Origin: Anaerolineae bacterium
GTDB taxonomy: Bacteria; Chloroflexota; Anaerolineae; Aggregatilineales; Phototrophicaceae
Direction of reading: 5' to 3'
Assembly (NCBI GenBank): GCA_030950085.1
Contig: JAUZRW010000118.1
Location: 1 to 23,119, forward strand
Length of the DNA: 23,119 nucleotides
Part shown: one piece after another, positions 1 to 8,951 of the stretch
Position numbering within the stretch: position 1 is the stretch's first letter
Layout: every line of letters starts with the position of its first letter
Translations under genes and position numbers: made by a program
The notes under the pieces: model-generated
Told to the model about the DNA's origin: nothing
Database searches by the model: none
The model's input: only the letters and a program-made list of their open reading frames with translations

Positions 1-3000
1 ATGGCAAAAGACCCCAAAGACCGCTACGACACGGCAATGCAATTAGCCGATGCCTTATCAGAATTAGTCGATGCTAAAGAAGCCACATCCACACCGGAAA
101 ATATCCGTACTGTGGCTGTGCGAGCGATTAATCGTATTCAAGCCAAACGTGACAAAAAAGATATTGAAGGCTTACTGGGTAAGTTTGAAAAGACGCGCAG
201 TACGGGGATGCGTGCGGCAACGAGTTTTAGTGAAACGCAAGATATCGAAACGGAGGTTGTCGATACCCCATCTAAAGTAGAGATTGAAACGCCATCGGGC
301 AGTTTACGCTTACCGCTCATGATGGTGGGTGTTATTGCCGCTTTAATAATTGCAGTTGTATTTTTCTTTAATAATCAGAATCAACAGACTCAGGCAACAG
401 AAACGGCAGCCGCAGCCACAAGAGAACAAGTGACTATTGACGCTCAAACCGCGCTTGATGAAGCGGCGACGCAGGAGGCTCTTGATGCGACAACAGATGT
501 GATACAAGAGACAATCACAGCGCGAGGTGATGTTACAGATACACCGCAACCTACTTTCACCTCATCGCCTGTACCACCAACCCCTTCTACACCTTTAGCG
601 CAAGCACGAGAAAATTTAGAAGTGCGGCAAGGTCCCGGTCTCTCGTTTGATTTAGTCAGAAGTTTTGACCAAATATTTGCCGGTGAAGAGGTCGGTATTA
701 TCGGCATTAGCACCGGGGGCAGTTGGTATCAAGTCCGCCTCCCCGATGGCTCATCCGGCTGGATACCCAGTTCGCGCACTTTCGTCTTGGCAAGGGGACC
801 ATTAGATAGTATTGAGGTAGCAGTTGCTCCAACTTTGACAGCAACCAAAACACCAACAGCGACTCGCACAGCGACGAATACGCCGACTTCGACCAATACA
901 CCGACAGCGACTCGTACACCAACATCTACAAAGACCGATACGCCGACAAATACCTTTACACCAACGGCAACCGACACTTTCACACCAACAGCGACGAATA
1001 CGCCGACTGATACACCCACGAGAACACCGCGCCCAAGCAATACGCCAAGTGATACTCCTACATCAACATTGACCTTTACACCGCGTCCAAGCAATACACC
1101 CACCGCGACAGCGACGCATACCCCTACCGATACGCCAACATTTACAGCGACAGCAACTGATACGCCAACGGATACGCCGACACCCACACCGTCGCATACA
1201 TCCACACAGACAGCAACAGCAACGAACACGGCGACCAATACCGCGACCAACACGCCCACCGCGACCTTTACACCATCGAATACACCAACAGATACGCCGA
1301 CGGCAACGAACACAGCGACAGAGACAGCCACGAACACGTCAACCGCGACCTTTACACCATCACCCACGCCGACGGCAACCAATACGCCTACCGCGACGTT
1401 GACTCCGTCATTGACACCCACTGCAACAGCGACCAATACGCCGATGCCGTCACCAACACCTATTCCGGCGGGACGTTTGCCATATGTGATGGATTTTGAA
1501 GATGATTTCCCACTAGAAGGTTCAGATTATGACCCATCGGTCTGGCAGGTCGTAAACGAAGGGGGACAGCAGGTACTCATCGGGCAAGCGCGGTTAGAAC
1601 AACCTCTTGTTCTACTAGGACGAGAACAACCGGAATGGGCTGAAGCCAGTACCAGTGATTTTGTAGTCAGTTTCCGTTTCAATCTGGAAGCTGCCGAAGG
1701 GACACGCCTCGTCTTCCGCTTCAATGAAGGCGTTGGCTATAATGTGCTAGAAGTTGTACCGGGGCGGATTTTGCTCAAGCGAAATGTGGCGAGTGTCAAC
1801 CCCTTGACTGACCGCATCAATGAAATTATTCAGCAAAACCTGAGTGCCAATATCCAACTTGGACAGTGGAATCAAATTACATTGTGGGTCGAAGGGCAAC
1901 GTATTTTTGTCTACCTTAATGATGATTTACTCCTGCGGCATGTTGATACCATTTTACCGCAATTAGAGTCCGGTCAAATCTTACTACAAACAGGCAATGC
2001 TTTCCGTCCTGTTCGTTTTGATGATATCACTATCCAACGAGCAGAACCGGGCAGTGACCATTTCGAGACTGCCGATTTGCCCTCATCAACATGGCAACGC
2101 AGTGATAGCCGCAGAGTGACGATTGAACGCGATGCCGATAATAATCAGTATGTGCAAATGCAAACTGACGAGACAGCACAACCCATTATGGCACCTGTCC
2201 GCGATATTCAATTGGCGTGCCGCATCTGGAGTGTCGAAGGTGGTTATACGCTCTACCTGCGCGAAAGTGCCGGAGGTGGCGCGATTCGCATGGTGATGGA
2301 GGCTGGTGAAGCGACTGTGGCTTATGTGGATGCAGCAGGTGAATCTGTTTGGGAACAGCGCATTCGTAATTTCTATACCCGTCTGCAATGGCAAGATTTG
2401 AATATCCGCATTATTGAAGACAATATCGAAATCTATCTCGATGGCAACCTTGAATTTGAAGATACCCTCGACACACCGCCTGCTGGAGTCATTCGCTTTG
2501 AAACCGATTTTAACGATGTGCTGCGTTTTGATGATTGCTTAATCACACAATCTGCCAATGCCAGCGATGTTGGCGCAGCTTTTGCCTTTGACCTCATCCA
2601 ACAAGTCAATGACCGTACCTTCCGTTATCTGCGGAGTGACCTTGATGAGACATTCGATGATATTTTCCGTACCGATGTATGGTGGGTCGATGGTGAAAAT
2701 GCTGATGGGCAATTCCGCGATGATGCCGAAGCTGTCACCAATCAGAATTTCTTACGCATGGTACATGATGGCGAACCAACTTTCCGCCTCTTCCGCGATG
2801 ATGTCGGCGTATCAATATTTGGCGCTGGCACAGACACGAGCAATTTCAGCGATGCAACGGATTTGTTTGTCACGGTTGAAACGCGCTTCTTGCCCAATGA
2901 GGTTGGCGAGGCATGGCTAGGGATTCGCACGACAGAAACTCTGACAGGCACGAATATCAATGGCTACCGTCTCAGCTTGCGCCAAGACCGTGAAGGCAAT

Positions 3001-3276
3001 GTGACGGCGCTTGTCGATTATCGTAGTACATCGCAATTCGTGACCTACTTTGAAGGGGCAATCCCCGGTTCAGACATTGAGCCGCTACCAGAATGGATTA
3101 ATTTAAGCGTGGTGACATTCGAGGATAAACTAGCTTTCTTTGCTAATGGGCGTTTCCTAGTTTTTGTCGATAGTGCCGAGCAATTAGGTGGTACATTGGC
3201 ATTAGGCGTGGAAGAAGGGACAACAGCCGATTTCGACACCCTTATTATCCGCGATACAACCCCACACGGCGAATAA
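1..3276 (+). CDS. 5'-truncated CDS: C-terminal part of a membrane-spanning Ser/Thr protein kinase. The kinase-domain tail is followed by one TM helix, an SH3b-like domain, a Thr/Pro-rich linker and three tandem LamG/DUF1080-like (concanavalin-like jelly-roll) domains.
   Basis: The ORF is open at the window start. The first residues ([18 protein letters not shown]) match the conserved C-terminal end of Hanks-type kinase domains. A hydrophobic stretch [20 protein letters not shown] lies at nt ~310-370. [25 protein letters not shown] looks like a bacterial SH3 domain. [10 protein letters not shown]-type linker follows. Three repeated modules carry the motifs [13 protein letters not shown] / [20 protein letters not shown] / [14 protein letters not shown], typical of DUF1080/LamG-like beta-sandwiches. 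Domain names are inferred from memory of family motifs. Confidence 0.8.
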   Translation: MAKDPKDRYDTAMQLADALSELVDAKEATSTPENIRTVAVRAINRIQAKRDKKDIEGLLGKFEKTRSTGMRAATSFSETQDIETEVVDTPSKVEIETPSGSLRLPLMMVGVIAALIIAVVFFFNNQNQQTQATETAAAATREQVTIDAQTALDEAATQEALDATTDVIQETITARGDVTDTPQPTFTSSPVPPTPSTPLAQARENLEVRQGPGLSFDLVRSFDQIFAGEEVGIIGISTGGSWYQVRLPDGSSGWIPSSRTFVLARGPLDSIEVAVAPTLTATKTPTATRTATNTPTSTNTPTATRTPTSTKTDTPTNTFTPTATDTFTPTATNTPTDTPTRTPRPSNTPSDTPTSTLTFTPRPSNTPTATATHTPTDTPTFTATATDTPTDTPTPTPSHTSTQTATATNTATNTATNTPTATFTPSNTPTDTPTATNTATETATNTSTATFTPSPTPTATNTPTATLTPSLTPTATATNTPMPSPTPIPAGRLPYVMDFEDDFPLEGSDYDPSVWQVVNEGGQQVLIGQARLEQPLVLLGREQPEWAEASTSDFVVSFRFNLEAAEGTRLVFRFNEGVGYNVLEVVPGRILLKRNVASVNPLTDRINEIIQQNLSANIQLGQWNQITLWVEGQRIFVYLNDDLLLRHVDTILPQLESGQILLQTGNAFRPVRFDDITIQRAEPGSDHFETADLPSSTWQRSDSRRVTIERDADNNQYVQMQTDETAQPIMAPVRDIQLACRIWSVEGGYTLYLRESAGGGAIRMVMEAGEATVAYVDAAGESVWEQRIRNFYTRLQWQDLNIRIIEDNIEIYLDGNLEFEDTLDTPPAGVIRFETDFNDVLRFDDCLITQSANASDVGAAFAFDLIQQVNDRTFRYLRSDLDETFDDIFRTDVWWVDGENADGQFRDDAEAVTNQNFLRMVHDGEPTFRLFRDDVGVSIFGAGTDTSNFSDATDLFVTVETRFLPNEVGEAWLGIRTTETLTGTNINGYRLSLRQDREGNVTALVDYRSTSQFVTYFEGAIPGSDIEPLPEWINLSVVTFEDKLAFFANGRFLVFVDSAEQLGGTLALGVEEGTTADFDTLIIRDTTPHGE
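835..1470 (+). repeat. Low-complexity coding repeat: Thr/Pro-rich linker (degenerate TPTxTxTPT units) inside the kinase gene.
   Basis: About 210 codons are dominated by ACN/CCN codons (T, P, A, N, S). The antisense frame yields an artefactual VGV-rich ORF at 729..1436. Confidence 0.85.
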
Positions 3277-3409
3277 CCCCTTGCGAGGTTTTATGATGAA
3301 CCATAGAGGCACAAAGGACACAGAGAATCAAGGTAAAAACCTTTCTTTGCGCCTTTCACCCTTTGCATCTTTGCGTTACGCATTTTCTAATCGCTTATCG
3401 GACTCTACA

Positions 3410-4318
3410 TTAAGGTGTGACCATCGCAGCCAATTTACCCAAAGCCTCAACCAGCACATCAACTGCAATCGGTTTTGCAATGAACCAATCCACGCCGCGT
3501 TGATAGGCTTGTCCTTCACGATATCCTCCAGAATCGTTGCCCATAGCAATGATAGGAACAGTTTTTTCGGCATTTTGCTGGCGAACATATTGAACCAAGT
3601 CCAAGCCACTGCCTTCTTGCAACATTGCCTCGACAACGACACCATCAATTGCTTGGGTATCTATAGCGGTGATTGCCTCTTGCAATGTATGAACAACCAC
3701 AGGTTCAAATCCAGAGCGTTTACTGACAAAGCGCAATATCCGACACACATCTTTGTTATCATCTAAAATGAGCAATTGTTGACCTTGTGCGACACGAGGC
3801 AGAAATACATCATTGCCGAAACCGTGCATCGTTCTATCGTCTATGGAGGGCTTAACAACAAAATGAACTTGCAACTTGAGATTCCCTAGTTGCAAAATAT
3901 CACCTTCGCGCACACGGTAGGGACGGCGTATTTTAAGTTGTTGCCCGTTGATATAGGTGCCATTCGCACTGCCCATATCTTCAATAGTGACACGATTATC
4001 ACGAGCTATCATCAAAGCATGTTTACGAGAAACACCTAACTTTTGCCCCAGATGTTTGCCCAAATCGACTTGAGGATAAACTTGATGATTTTCATCTAAT
4101 CGCCCGAATAACAAAGTCTCACTTACCGGCGCACGAATAATATCCGGCGTACCAACAATCCGAAACTCAATTACCCAAGGGACAACCTCTTCATAGTCAC
4201 TTCCCTCACCTTGTCGTGCTTGTGCTTCTGCAAGGATATCTTCTTCTAAGTCTTCAATCGCGCCAGCTAGATTACGTGTGCGATTATCTAAATCATTGTC
4301 AAAATCTTGTTCTGGCAT
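3410..4318 (-). CDS. FHA-domain protein fused to a CheY-like receiver domain, with no output domain. The phospho-acceptor position appears to be Glu rather than Asp.
   Basis: The FHA signature GRLDEN...VSRKHALMI...DMGSANGTYINGQQL spans residues ~68-150. The receiver domain spans residues ~181-295: LLILDDNKD (acidic pair), GVVVE at the beta3 end, and AKP (the conserved Lys-Pro). It is convergent with the kinase gene, 133 nt away. Confidence 0.85.
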   Translation of the reverse strand: MPEQDFDNDLDNRTRNLAGAIEDLEEDILAEAQARQGEGSDYEEVVPWVIEFRIVGTPDIIRAPVSETLLFGRLDENHQVYPQVDLGKHLGQKLGVSRKHALMIARDNRVTIEDMGSANGTYINGQQLKIRRPYRVREGDILQLGNLKLQVHFVVKPSIDDRTMHGFGNDVFLPRVAQGQQLLILDDNKDVCRILRFVSKRSGFEPVVVHTLQEAITAIDTQAIDGVVVEAMLQEGSGLDLVQYVRQQNAEKTVPIIAMGNDSGGYREGQAYQRGVDWFIAKPIAVDVLVEALGKLAAMVTP

Positions 4319-4452
4319 TGTTGATTCCCTCTTTTAACTGCATAAATGTTGGGTGGTGATAGCAACAGCGAATCTGATATAACAAGGGTATCACTATTAT
4401 TGTGCAAGTCTAACTGATGAAAAAGTCCTAGTGACAGAATCACCCACGAACG

Positions 4453-4482
4453 CAAAAAGGGCGAAAGAAACATCCCTCGCCC
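4453..4482 (-). terminator. Putative intrinsic terminator downstream of the acyl-CoA dehydrogenase gene.
   Basis: Read on the minus strand: GGGCGA-(12 nt loop)-TCGCCC followed by TTTTTGCG, about 30 nt after the stop at 4511. The stem is only 6 bp, so this is moderate. Confidence 0.4.
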
Positions 4483-4510
4483 CCACTCGGCTCACTAAAG
4501 ATAGTATAGC

Positions 4511-5677
4511 CTATCGGAATAATTCGCGCACGACGACATTCCGCAAAATTTCGCTCGTCCCCTCATATATCTGGAAAACTTTACAATCACGCATCAGTTT
4601 TTCAACCGGATATTCGCGCATATAGCCATAACCGCCAAAAATTTGGACAGCGTCTACCGCCGCACGCATCGCTGCATCTGCGGCAAAGGTTTTTGCTGTA
4701 GCACTCAAGCGTGGGTTAGACATACCATGTTCAACCATCCATGCCGACTGCCAAACTAATAAACGGGCAGCTTCATAATCCATCGACATATTGGCGATTT
4801 TGTGGCTGACGGCTTGCCAATTATAAATCGGCTGACCAAAGGTTTCGCGTTCTTTGGCGTATTTGATGCTTTCTTCCATCGCACGTCGCAATAAACCGAC
4901 TGCCCCTGACCCGACGGCTGGACGGCTGAAATCAAAAACTTTCATACCAATCAAGAAACCTTTTCCTTCTTCACCGAGTAAGTTTTCTTCGGGAATCTCG
5001 ACATTCTCAAATGTGATTTGGGCGGTGTCTGAGGCGCGTTGCCCCATTTTATCGAACTTTTTGCTGATACTGAGACCGGGTGAGTCGCGGTCTACGATGA
5101 AGCATGACATACCGCGATGTCCGGCGGAGGGGTCTGTTTTGGCGAAAACCGTATAAAAATGGGCATAACTGGCATTGGTGATAAAGGTCTTGCTGCCATT
5201 GAGGATATATTTCGCCCCTTTCTTCTCGGCACGACTCTGAATCCCTGCAACATTTGAGCCAGCCGCCGGTTCTGTCATGCAATAAGAGACAAATTCACCA
5301 TTATCGACTAAGCGTTCACCGAGCCAGTATTTTTTCTGCGCTTCGGTGCCGCCAATGATAATCGGCAAATTACCCAATCCATTGGTCGTGATACTGGTGC
5401 TGATGCCTGTGCAACCATAGGCTAATTCTTCACCGATGATGACATCTTCAATCATGGATGCGCCAAGACCGCCATATTCTTCTGGGATGTTGGAATTGAC
5501 GAGACCAATTTCACGCGCCTTGTCAAAAATATCTTGTGGGAAAGTGGCATGTTCATCATATTCAGCAGCTTTGGGGATAATTTCATTTTGTGTGAATTCG
5601 CGTGCCATCTTTTGCAGCATAAGTTGTTCGTCAGTCAGTTCAAAACTCATACCAGCAGCATTCATCACATCAACCAT
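4511..5677 (-). CDS. Acyl-CoA dehydrogenase (short/medium-chain type).
   Basis: 388 aa. The N-terminus has FELTDEQLMLQ, then YGGLG, and the C-terminal motifs QIFGGYGY and YEGTSEI typical of ACADs. A strong SD (AGGAG) sits 6 nt upstream of the ATG at 5677. Confidence 0.9.
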   Translation of the reverse strand: MVDVMNAAGMSFELTDEQLMLQKMAREFTQNEIIPKAAEYDEHATFPQDIFDKAREIGLVNSNIPEEYGGLGASMIEDVIIGEELAYGCTGISTSITTNGLGNLPIIIGGTEAQKKYWLGERLVDNGEFVSYCMTEPAAGSNVAGIQSRAEKKGAKYILNGSKTFITNASYAHFYTVFAKTDPSAGHRGMSCFIVDRDSPGLSISKKFDKMGQRASDTAQITFENVEIPEENLLGEEGKGFLIGMKVFDFSRPAVGSGAVGLLRRAMEESIKYAKERETFGQPIYNWQAVSHKIANMSMDYEAARLLVWQSAWMVEHGMSNPRLSATAKTFAADAAMRAAVDAVQIFGGYGYMREYPVEKLMRDCKVFQIYEGTSEILRNVVVRELFR

Positions 5678-5875
5678 TATTGACTCCTATCAAATATTCT
5701 CTATTAATCTAACGAGCATTAGATTAAGTATAGCACGAATTTTTCAATCAGGCACAGACAGAACAGATGGTGTATCCATTTGTGTTTTCGATCATAGTGG
5801 GTGAACTATGTTAATTACTCACCTTACGCAAAGAATATAGTTATAGTACATCACCAAAAAAGTTTTTAAGGTTTC

Positions 5876-5900
5876 GTAGGGGCGACAGCGTGCTGCGCCC
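5876..5900 (+). repeat. GTAGGGG-hairpin dispersed repeat (variant copy).
   Basis: gtaggggcgacagcgtgctgcgccc folds as a GGGCG(A)CAG / CTGCGCCC stem. It shares GTAGGGGCG...GCGCCC with the copies at 13050, 18387 and 21887. Confidence 0.6.
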
Positions 5901-6087
5901 AATCTTCAAGAATTAAATTGGTCAAGTAATAGGTTTACAATGTCATGTCGAGTAAATCATTTCAGCAGTTCAGCCAATCAGCGAAGGGATAAGGCGCTAA
6001 AATAAGCTGAAGTGCTGACAAGCTGAATAGCTAAAAATCTCAATATCATGACTAGCATCATATTTTGTGATTTCTGCGTAACATCAG

Positions 6088-6801
6088 TTAATTAGTAGAA
6101 TAGAATGACAGAAAGTTTGCTGACGATTGGGAAACGATATCGGGTGAACCAAATGCCACTAATTCATGATTTAATGCCAGCACCTTTGTAAAGCGACTAA
6201 AAGCGAGCGTCAGGTCATGGGTACTGAGCAAAATTGTGAGACCGTCTTGATTTAGCTCATCAATCACCTGCAATAAATCAGATTGTGCGCCCATATCGAC
6301 TCCAGCGAAGGGTTCATCCAGTAACAATAGTTCGGCTTGTTGACCTAATGCCCGTGCTATGAAAACACGCTGCTGCTGTCCGCCACTGAGTTCACTGATT
6401 TGACGCTGCCCATAGTCTGACAGTGCCACACGCTCTAATGCCGTATCAACCTGTTGCCAATGTTTTTTACTTGGAAAACGAAGCCAACCAATTTGCCGTG
6501 TGAGTCCCATTATCACAACATCACGCACTGTCACGGGGAATGACCAATCAATAGTTTGATGTTGGGGAACATAGCCGAGTCGATGACGGTCAACTACAAT
6601 TTTGCTACTGCGTGGCGTTGGGATTAAGCCCATAATCGCCTTCATCAAGGTTGATTTACCCGCACCATTGGGTCCAATCATGGCGACTTTATCCCCAGCG
6701 CAAATCTCAAAACTGACATTGTTGAGGGCTGGAGTCGTCCCATCATAGTCAATAGACAAGTGTTGTACCGATAATATAGTATCGGGCATGGTGTTTATCA
6801 T
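6088..6801 (-). CDS. ABC transporter ATP-binding protein of the metal (Zn/Mn, ZnuC/MntB-like) family. There is no adjacent permease or binding-protein gene.
   Basis: Walker A GPNGAGKST, signature LSGGQQQR, Walker B LLLLDEP, plus the metal-ABC-typical IGYVPQ...DW.FP.TV.DVV.MG. The ORF track extends to a TTG at 6864. The first ATG (MINTMPD) at 6801 is preferred. Confidence 0.8.
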   Translation of the reverse strand: MINTMPDTILSVQHLSIDYDGTTPALNNVSFEICAGDKVAMIGPNGAGKSTLMKAIMGLIPTPRSSKIVVDRHRLGYVPQHQTIDWSFPVTVRDVVIMGLTRQIGWLRFPSKKHWQQVDTALERVALSDYGQRQISELSGGQQQRVFIARALGQQAELLLLDEPFAGVDMGAQSDLLQVIDELNQDGLTILLSTHDLTLAFSRFTKVLALNHELVAFGSPDIVSQSSANFLSFYSTN

Positions 6802-6883
6802 AGTCAAGTAACCTTGAGTTTTAGAAGATTCAGAAAAGAACCACAAAAGCGCAAAAAACACCAAGAAATTTATTCAGAATCAC

Positions 6884-6928
6884 GCTCTCTGCGCCTCTGA
6901 TTCTCCGTTCCTCTGTGTTAGGCTTTTC
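6884..6928 (+). promoter_or_regulatory. Conserved ~40-nt intergenic motif, copy 1: GCTCTCTGCGCCTCTGATTCTC...CTCTGTGTTAGGCTTTTC. It lies upstream of the ABC ATPase gene.
   Basis: It is near-identical to 16608..16643. It also contains the inverted repeat gaatca...tgattc (6878-6906). Confidence 0.45.
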
Positions 6929-6951
6929 TAAAAAAATACCAGATTCTACAT

Positions 6952-7863
6952 CTAACTACCAACCCGATAACCCAGATTCTGCAAGGCGCGGTCAATGGCT
7001 TCTAGTACCATGTCATCCGTATTATTGTCGAGAGCAGTTTTCAATGATTGCAGGGCTTCTTCATCGCCGATACGTCCAAGCGCGGTAGCAATCCCACGAC
7101 GAGCATTAATATTGCCATCATGTGCTAATTTTTCAATCAGTCTGGGAACAGCCTTTTGGGTATTGATTTCGTCAATTTCGCCTAATGAGAGCGCCGCATT
7201 ATAACGCACCCATTCATTGTCATCATCTAAGGATTTTATCAAAGCATCGGTTGCGCGGCTATCGGCAATTGTCCCTAGCGCATGAGCCGTGCGAATACGC
7301 ACCCATTCGTCATCATCGCTGAGTAATGTGACCAATGATTCAACGGCATTATTGGCATGAAGTTTACCGAGGGCTTCGGCACTTATCCCACGCACTTCGG
7401 CATCGCTATCAAACAAAGTTTTACTTAGAGGCGAGATAGCATCTTCGTTCCCTAACCAGCCCAAGGCAGCGGCCGCATTACGGCGTGTCATCGCACTGGG
7501 ACTATCTTCTAAGATTCTTACTAGCGGCGCTATAGCCCGTTCATCGCCAATTTCGCCCAATGCTTTTGCCGCCCAATCTTGGACACGCGCATCGCTATCA
7601 CGCAAAGCCTCGATTAAGGGTTCAACTGCCCGTTTATCACCAATTTCGCCTAAAACCCATGTGGCAAGATAACGAACATCGGAGTTGCCATCTGCTAAAC
7701 ATGCCAAGACAGAGGCAACGACTGAATCACCCCGTTCAATCAGTCGGATTGCACCCTCTTGCTGGATATCGACATGGGTATTGTGCAATTGCTGAATCAA
7801 GTCTGCAACAGATTTATCGACCATGGTACTGCTGTCCTCATTGATAGTGTGTATATTGCCCAA
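6952..7863 (-). CDS. HEAT-repeat (PBS-lyase-like) protein.
   Basis: 303 aa with at least eight tandem ~30-aa repeats of the form AxALGxIGDxRAVxPLIxxLxDxDxxVR. Confidence 0.8.
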   Translation of the reverse strand: MGNIHTINEDSSTMVDKSVADLIQQLHNTHVDIQQEGAIRLIERGDSVVASVLACLADGNSDVRYLATWVLGEIGDKRAVEPLIEALRDSDARVQDWAAKALGEIGDERAIAPLVRILEDSPSAMTRRNAAAALGWLGNEDAISPLSKTLFDSDAEVRGISAEALGKLHANNAVESLVTLLSDDDEWVRIRTAHALGTIADSRATDALIKSLDDDNEWVRYNAALSLGEIDEINTQKAVPRLIEKLAHDGNINARRGIATALGRIGDEEALQSLKTALDNNTDDMVLEAIDRALQNLGYRVGS

Positions 7864-7887
7864 AGCAATTGTAGCATAGACTGTAAC

Positions 7888-8874
7888 TTAGAAGCCTTTA
7901 AGTAAGTCAATCGTTTGCTGTTCCAACTCCCACAAATCCATCCCTTCTTGGTTTTTTAATAGTTTACGCAAGCGCGGATAGCCATCGGCGTACTCTTTCG
8001 CCCATTCTTTGCTAAATTGACCATCACGGATTTCGTCCAGCGTAATTTCCATGAGGCGCTCAAGTTTGAGTTCGTTGAAGCGTTCTAAGCGACTGAAAAT
8101 ACCAAATTGCCCTGTCAGGGTGGAGAGGCGCAAAGCATGGAGTAAACCAGATGTAGCGGCACGTTCCAGATAATCGTTAAATTCACCCGAAATATACAAA
8201 TCCATGATAGCCGCCTCCGGTGGATAACCTTTGCCGAGTAGCAGGGTTGCTGCGGTTGTCATGACATGATGAAATGTGGGTAGGATTGCCTGTTGAATGA
8301 ATAAATCGAGTTCCGCCTCTTGTTCCATCGTGATTTCGACTGCTCCTGCATTGAGCGAGCCAATGCCCTTTGCCAACGCCAGAATCGTATCCCAGATATT
8401 GCCGCTTGCATCTTGCCCAGCAGCCACAAAGGAATAAAATCCATCGCCACTTAAATAGCGTTCGCGCACGGCTGCCCCAATAGTACGGGGCGCAATCAAG
8501 CCTACATCGACAAATGACGGCGGTTCAATATAACCAAAGGCTACATTATAAGCACTGGCAAAAATCAGTGTCGTGTCACGTTTGAGATGCGGTGATATTT
8601 TGTCGATATACGCCTGTGGCATCACCTCATTGGGAATCAAAATGAAGAGAATGTTAGAGTCACGGGCAACTTGCTCAATATCGCCAAAGGGAAAGCCGTC
8701 TGCTTCGACAATGGCAGGGCTTTCATCTGCTTTAAGACCAATTTTCACCGTCACGCCACTATCGCGCAGATTCAAGGCGACAGGTCGTCCCAAATTGCCA
8801 TAACCGATAATGCCTATCGTTTCGCCTTGCAAGACATCAATATTGCCATCTTCTTCATGATAAACAACCGTCAT
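7888..8874 (-). CDS. Ketol-acid reductoisomerase-fold protein (class I KARI-like) with a non-canonical cofactor loop.
   Basis: The N-terminus VVYHEEDGNIDVLQGETIGIIGYGNLGRPVALNLRDSG aligns with KARI (..IIGYGSQGHAHALNLKDSG). IAPRTIGAAVRERYLSGDGFYSFVAAGQDASGN and ALAKGIG match KARI core motifs. The SQGHA loop is replaced by NLGRP, and the GLR-S-G-S loop by GLKADES. It sits 24 nt upstream of the HEAT gene. Confidence 0.75.
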   Translation of the reverse strand: MTVVYHEEDGNIDVLQGETIGIIGYGNLGRPVALNLRDSGVTVKIGLKADESPAIVEADGFPFGDIEQVARDSNILFILIPNEVMPQAYIDKISPHLKRDTTLIFASAYNVAFGYIEPPSFVDVGLIAPRTIGAAVRERYLSGDGFYSFVAAGQDASGNIWDTILALAKGIGSLNAGAVEITMEQEAELDLFIQQAILPTFHHVMTTAATLLLGKGYPPEAAIMDLYISGEFNDYLERAATSGLLHALRLSTLTGQFGIFSRLERFNELKLERLMEITLDEIRDGQFSKEWAKEYADGYPRLRKLLKNQEGMDLWELEQQTIDLLKGF

Positions 8875-8951
8875 CGAATTCGCTCCGTTATAAGGTCAAC
8901 ACGTCCCGATTGTATATCGAAATGTGGGTTTTGTGCGTTGATATTGCAACG

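Noticed and set aside
729-1436. 235-aa minus-strand ORF rich in VGV/AVG.
   Set aside because: It is the antisense reading of the Thr/Pro-rich linker (ACN/CCN codons give GNN/NGT on the other strand). It has no start context and is an artefact of low-complexity DNA.
835-1470. CRISPR-like regularity in the PT repeat, or in the dispersed repeats.
   Set aside because: There are no identical direct repeats at constant spacing. The PT region is degenerate codon-level repetition inside a CDS, and the dispersed elements are thousands of bases apart. There is no CRISPR array in this window.
3277-3409. Possible intrinsic terminators between the convergent kinase and FHA-receiver genes (AAGGT-AAAA-ACCTT; TGCG-TTA-CGCA + TTTTCT).
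   Set aside because: The stems are 4-5 bp and AT-rich, too weak to call.
3281-3766. 161-aa + strand ORF.
   Set aside because: It overlaps the well-supported FHA-receiver gene on the opposite strand for most of its length. Its composition is Cys/His/Asn-rich and unlike the neighbouring genes.
6802-6864. TTG-initiated N-terminal extension of the ABC ATPase (MVFFALLWFF...).
   Set aside because: The ORF-track start is a TTG with no SD. The first ATG (MINTMPD) gives a normal ABC N-terminus and has an AAGG upstream.
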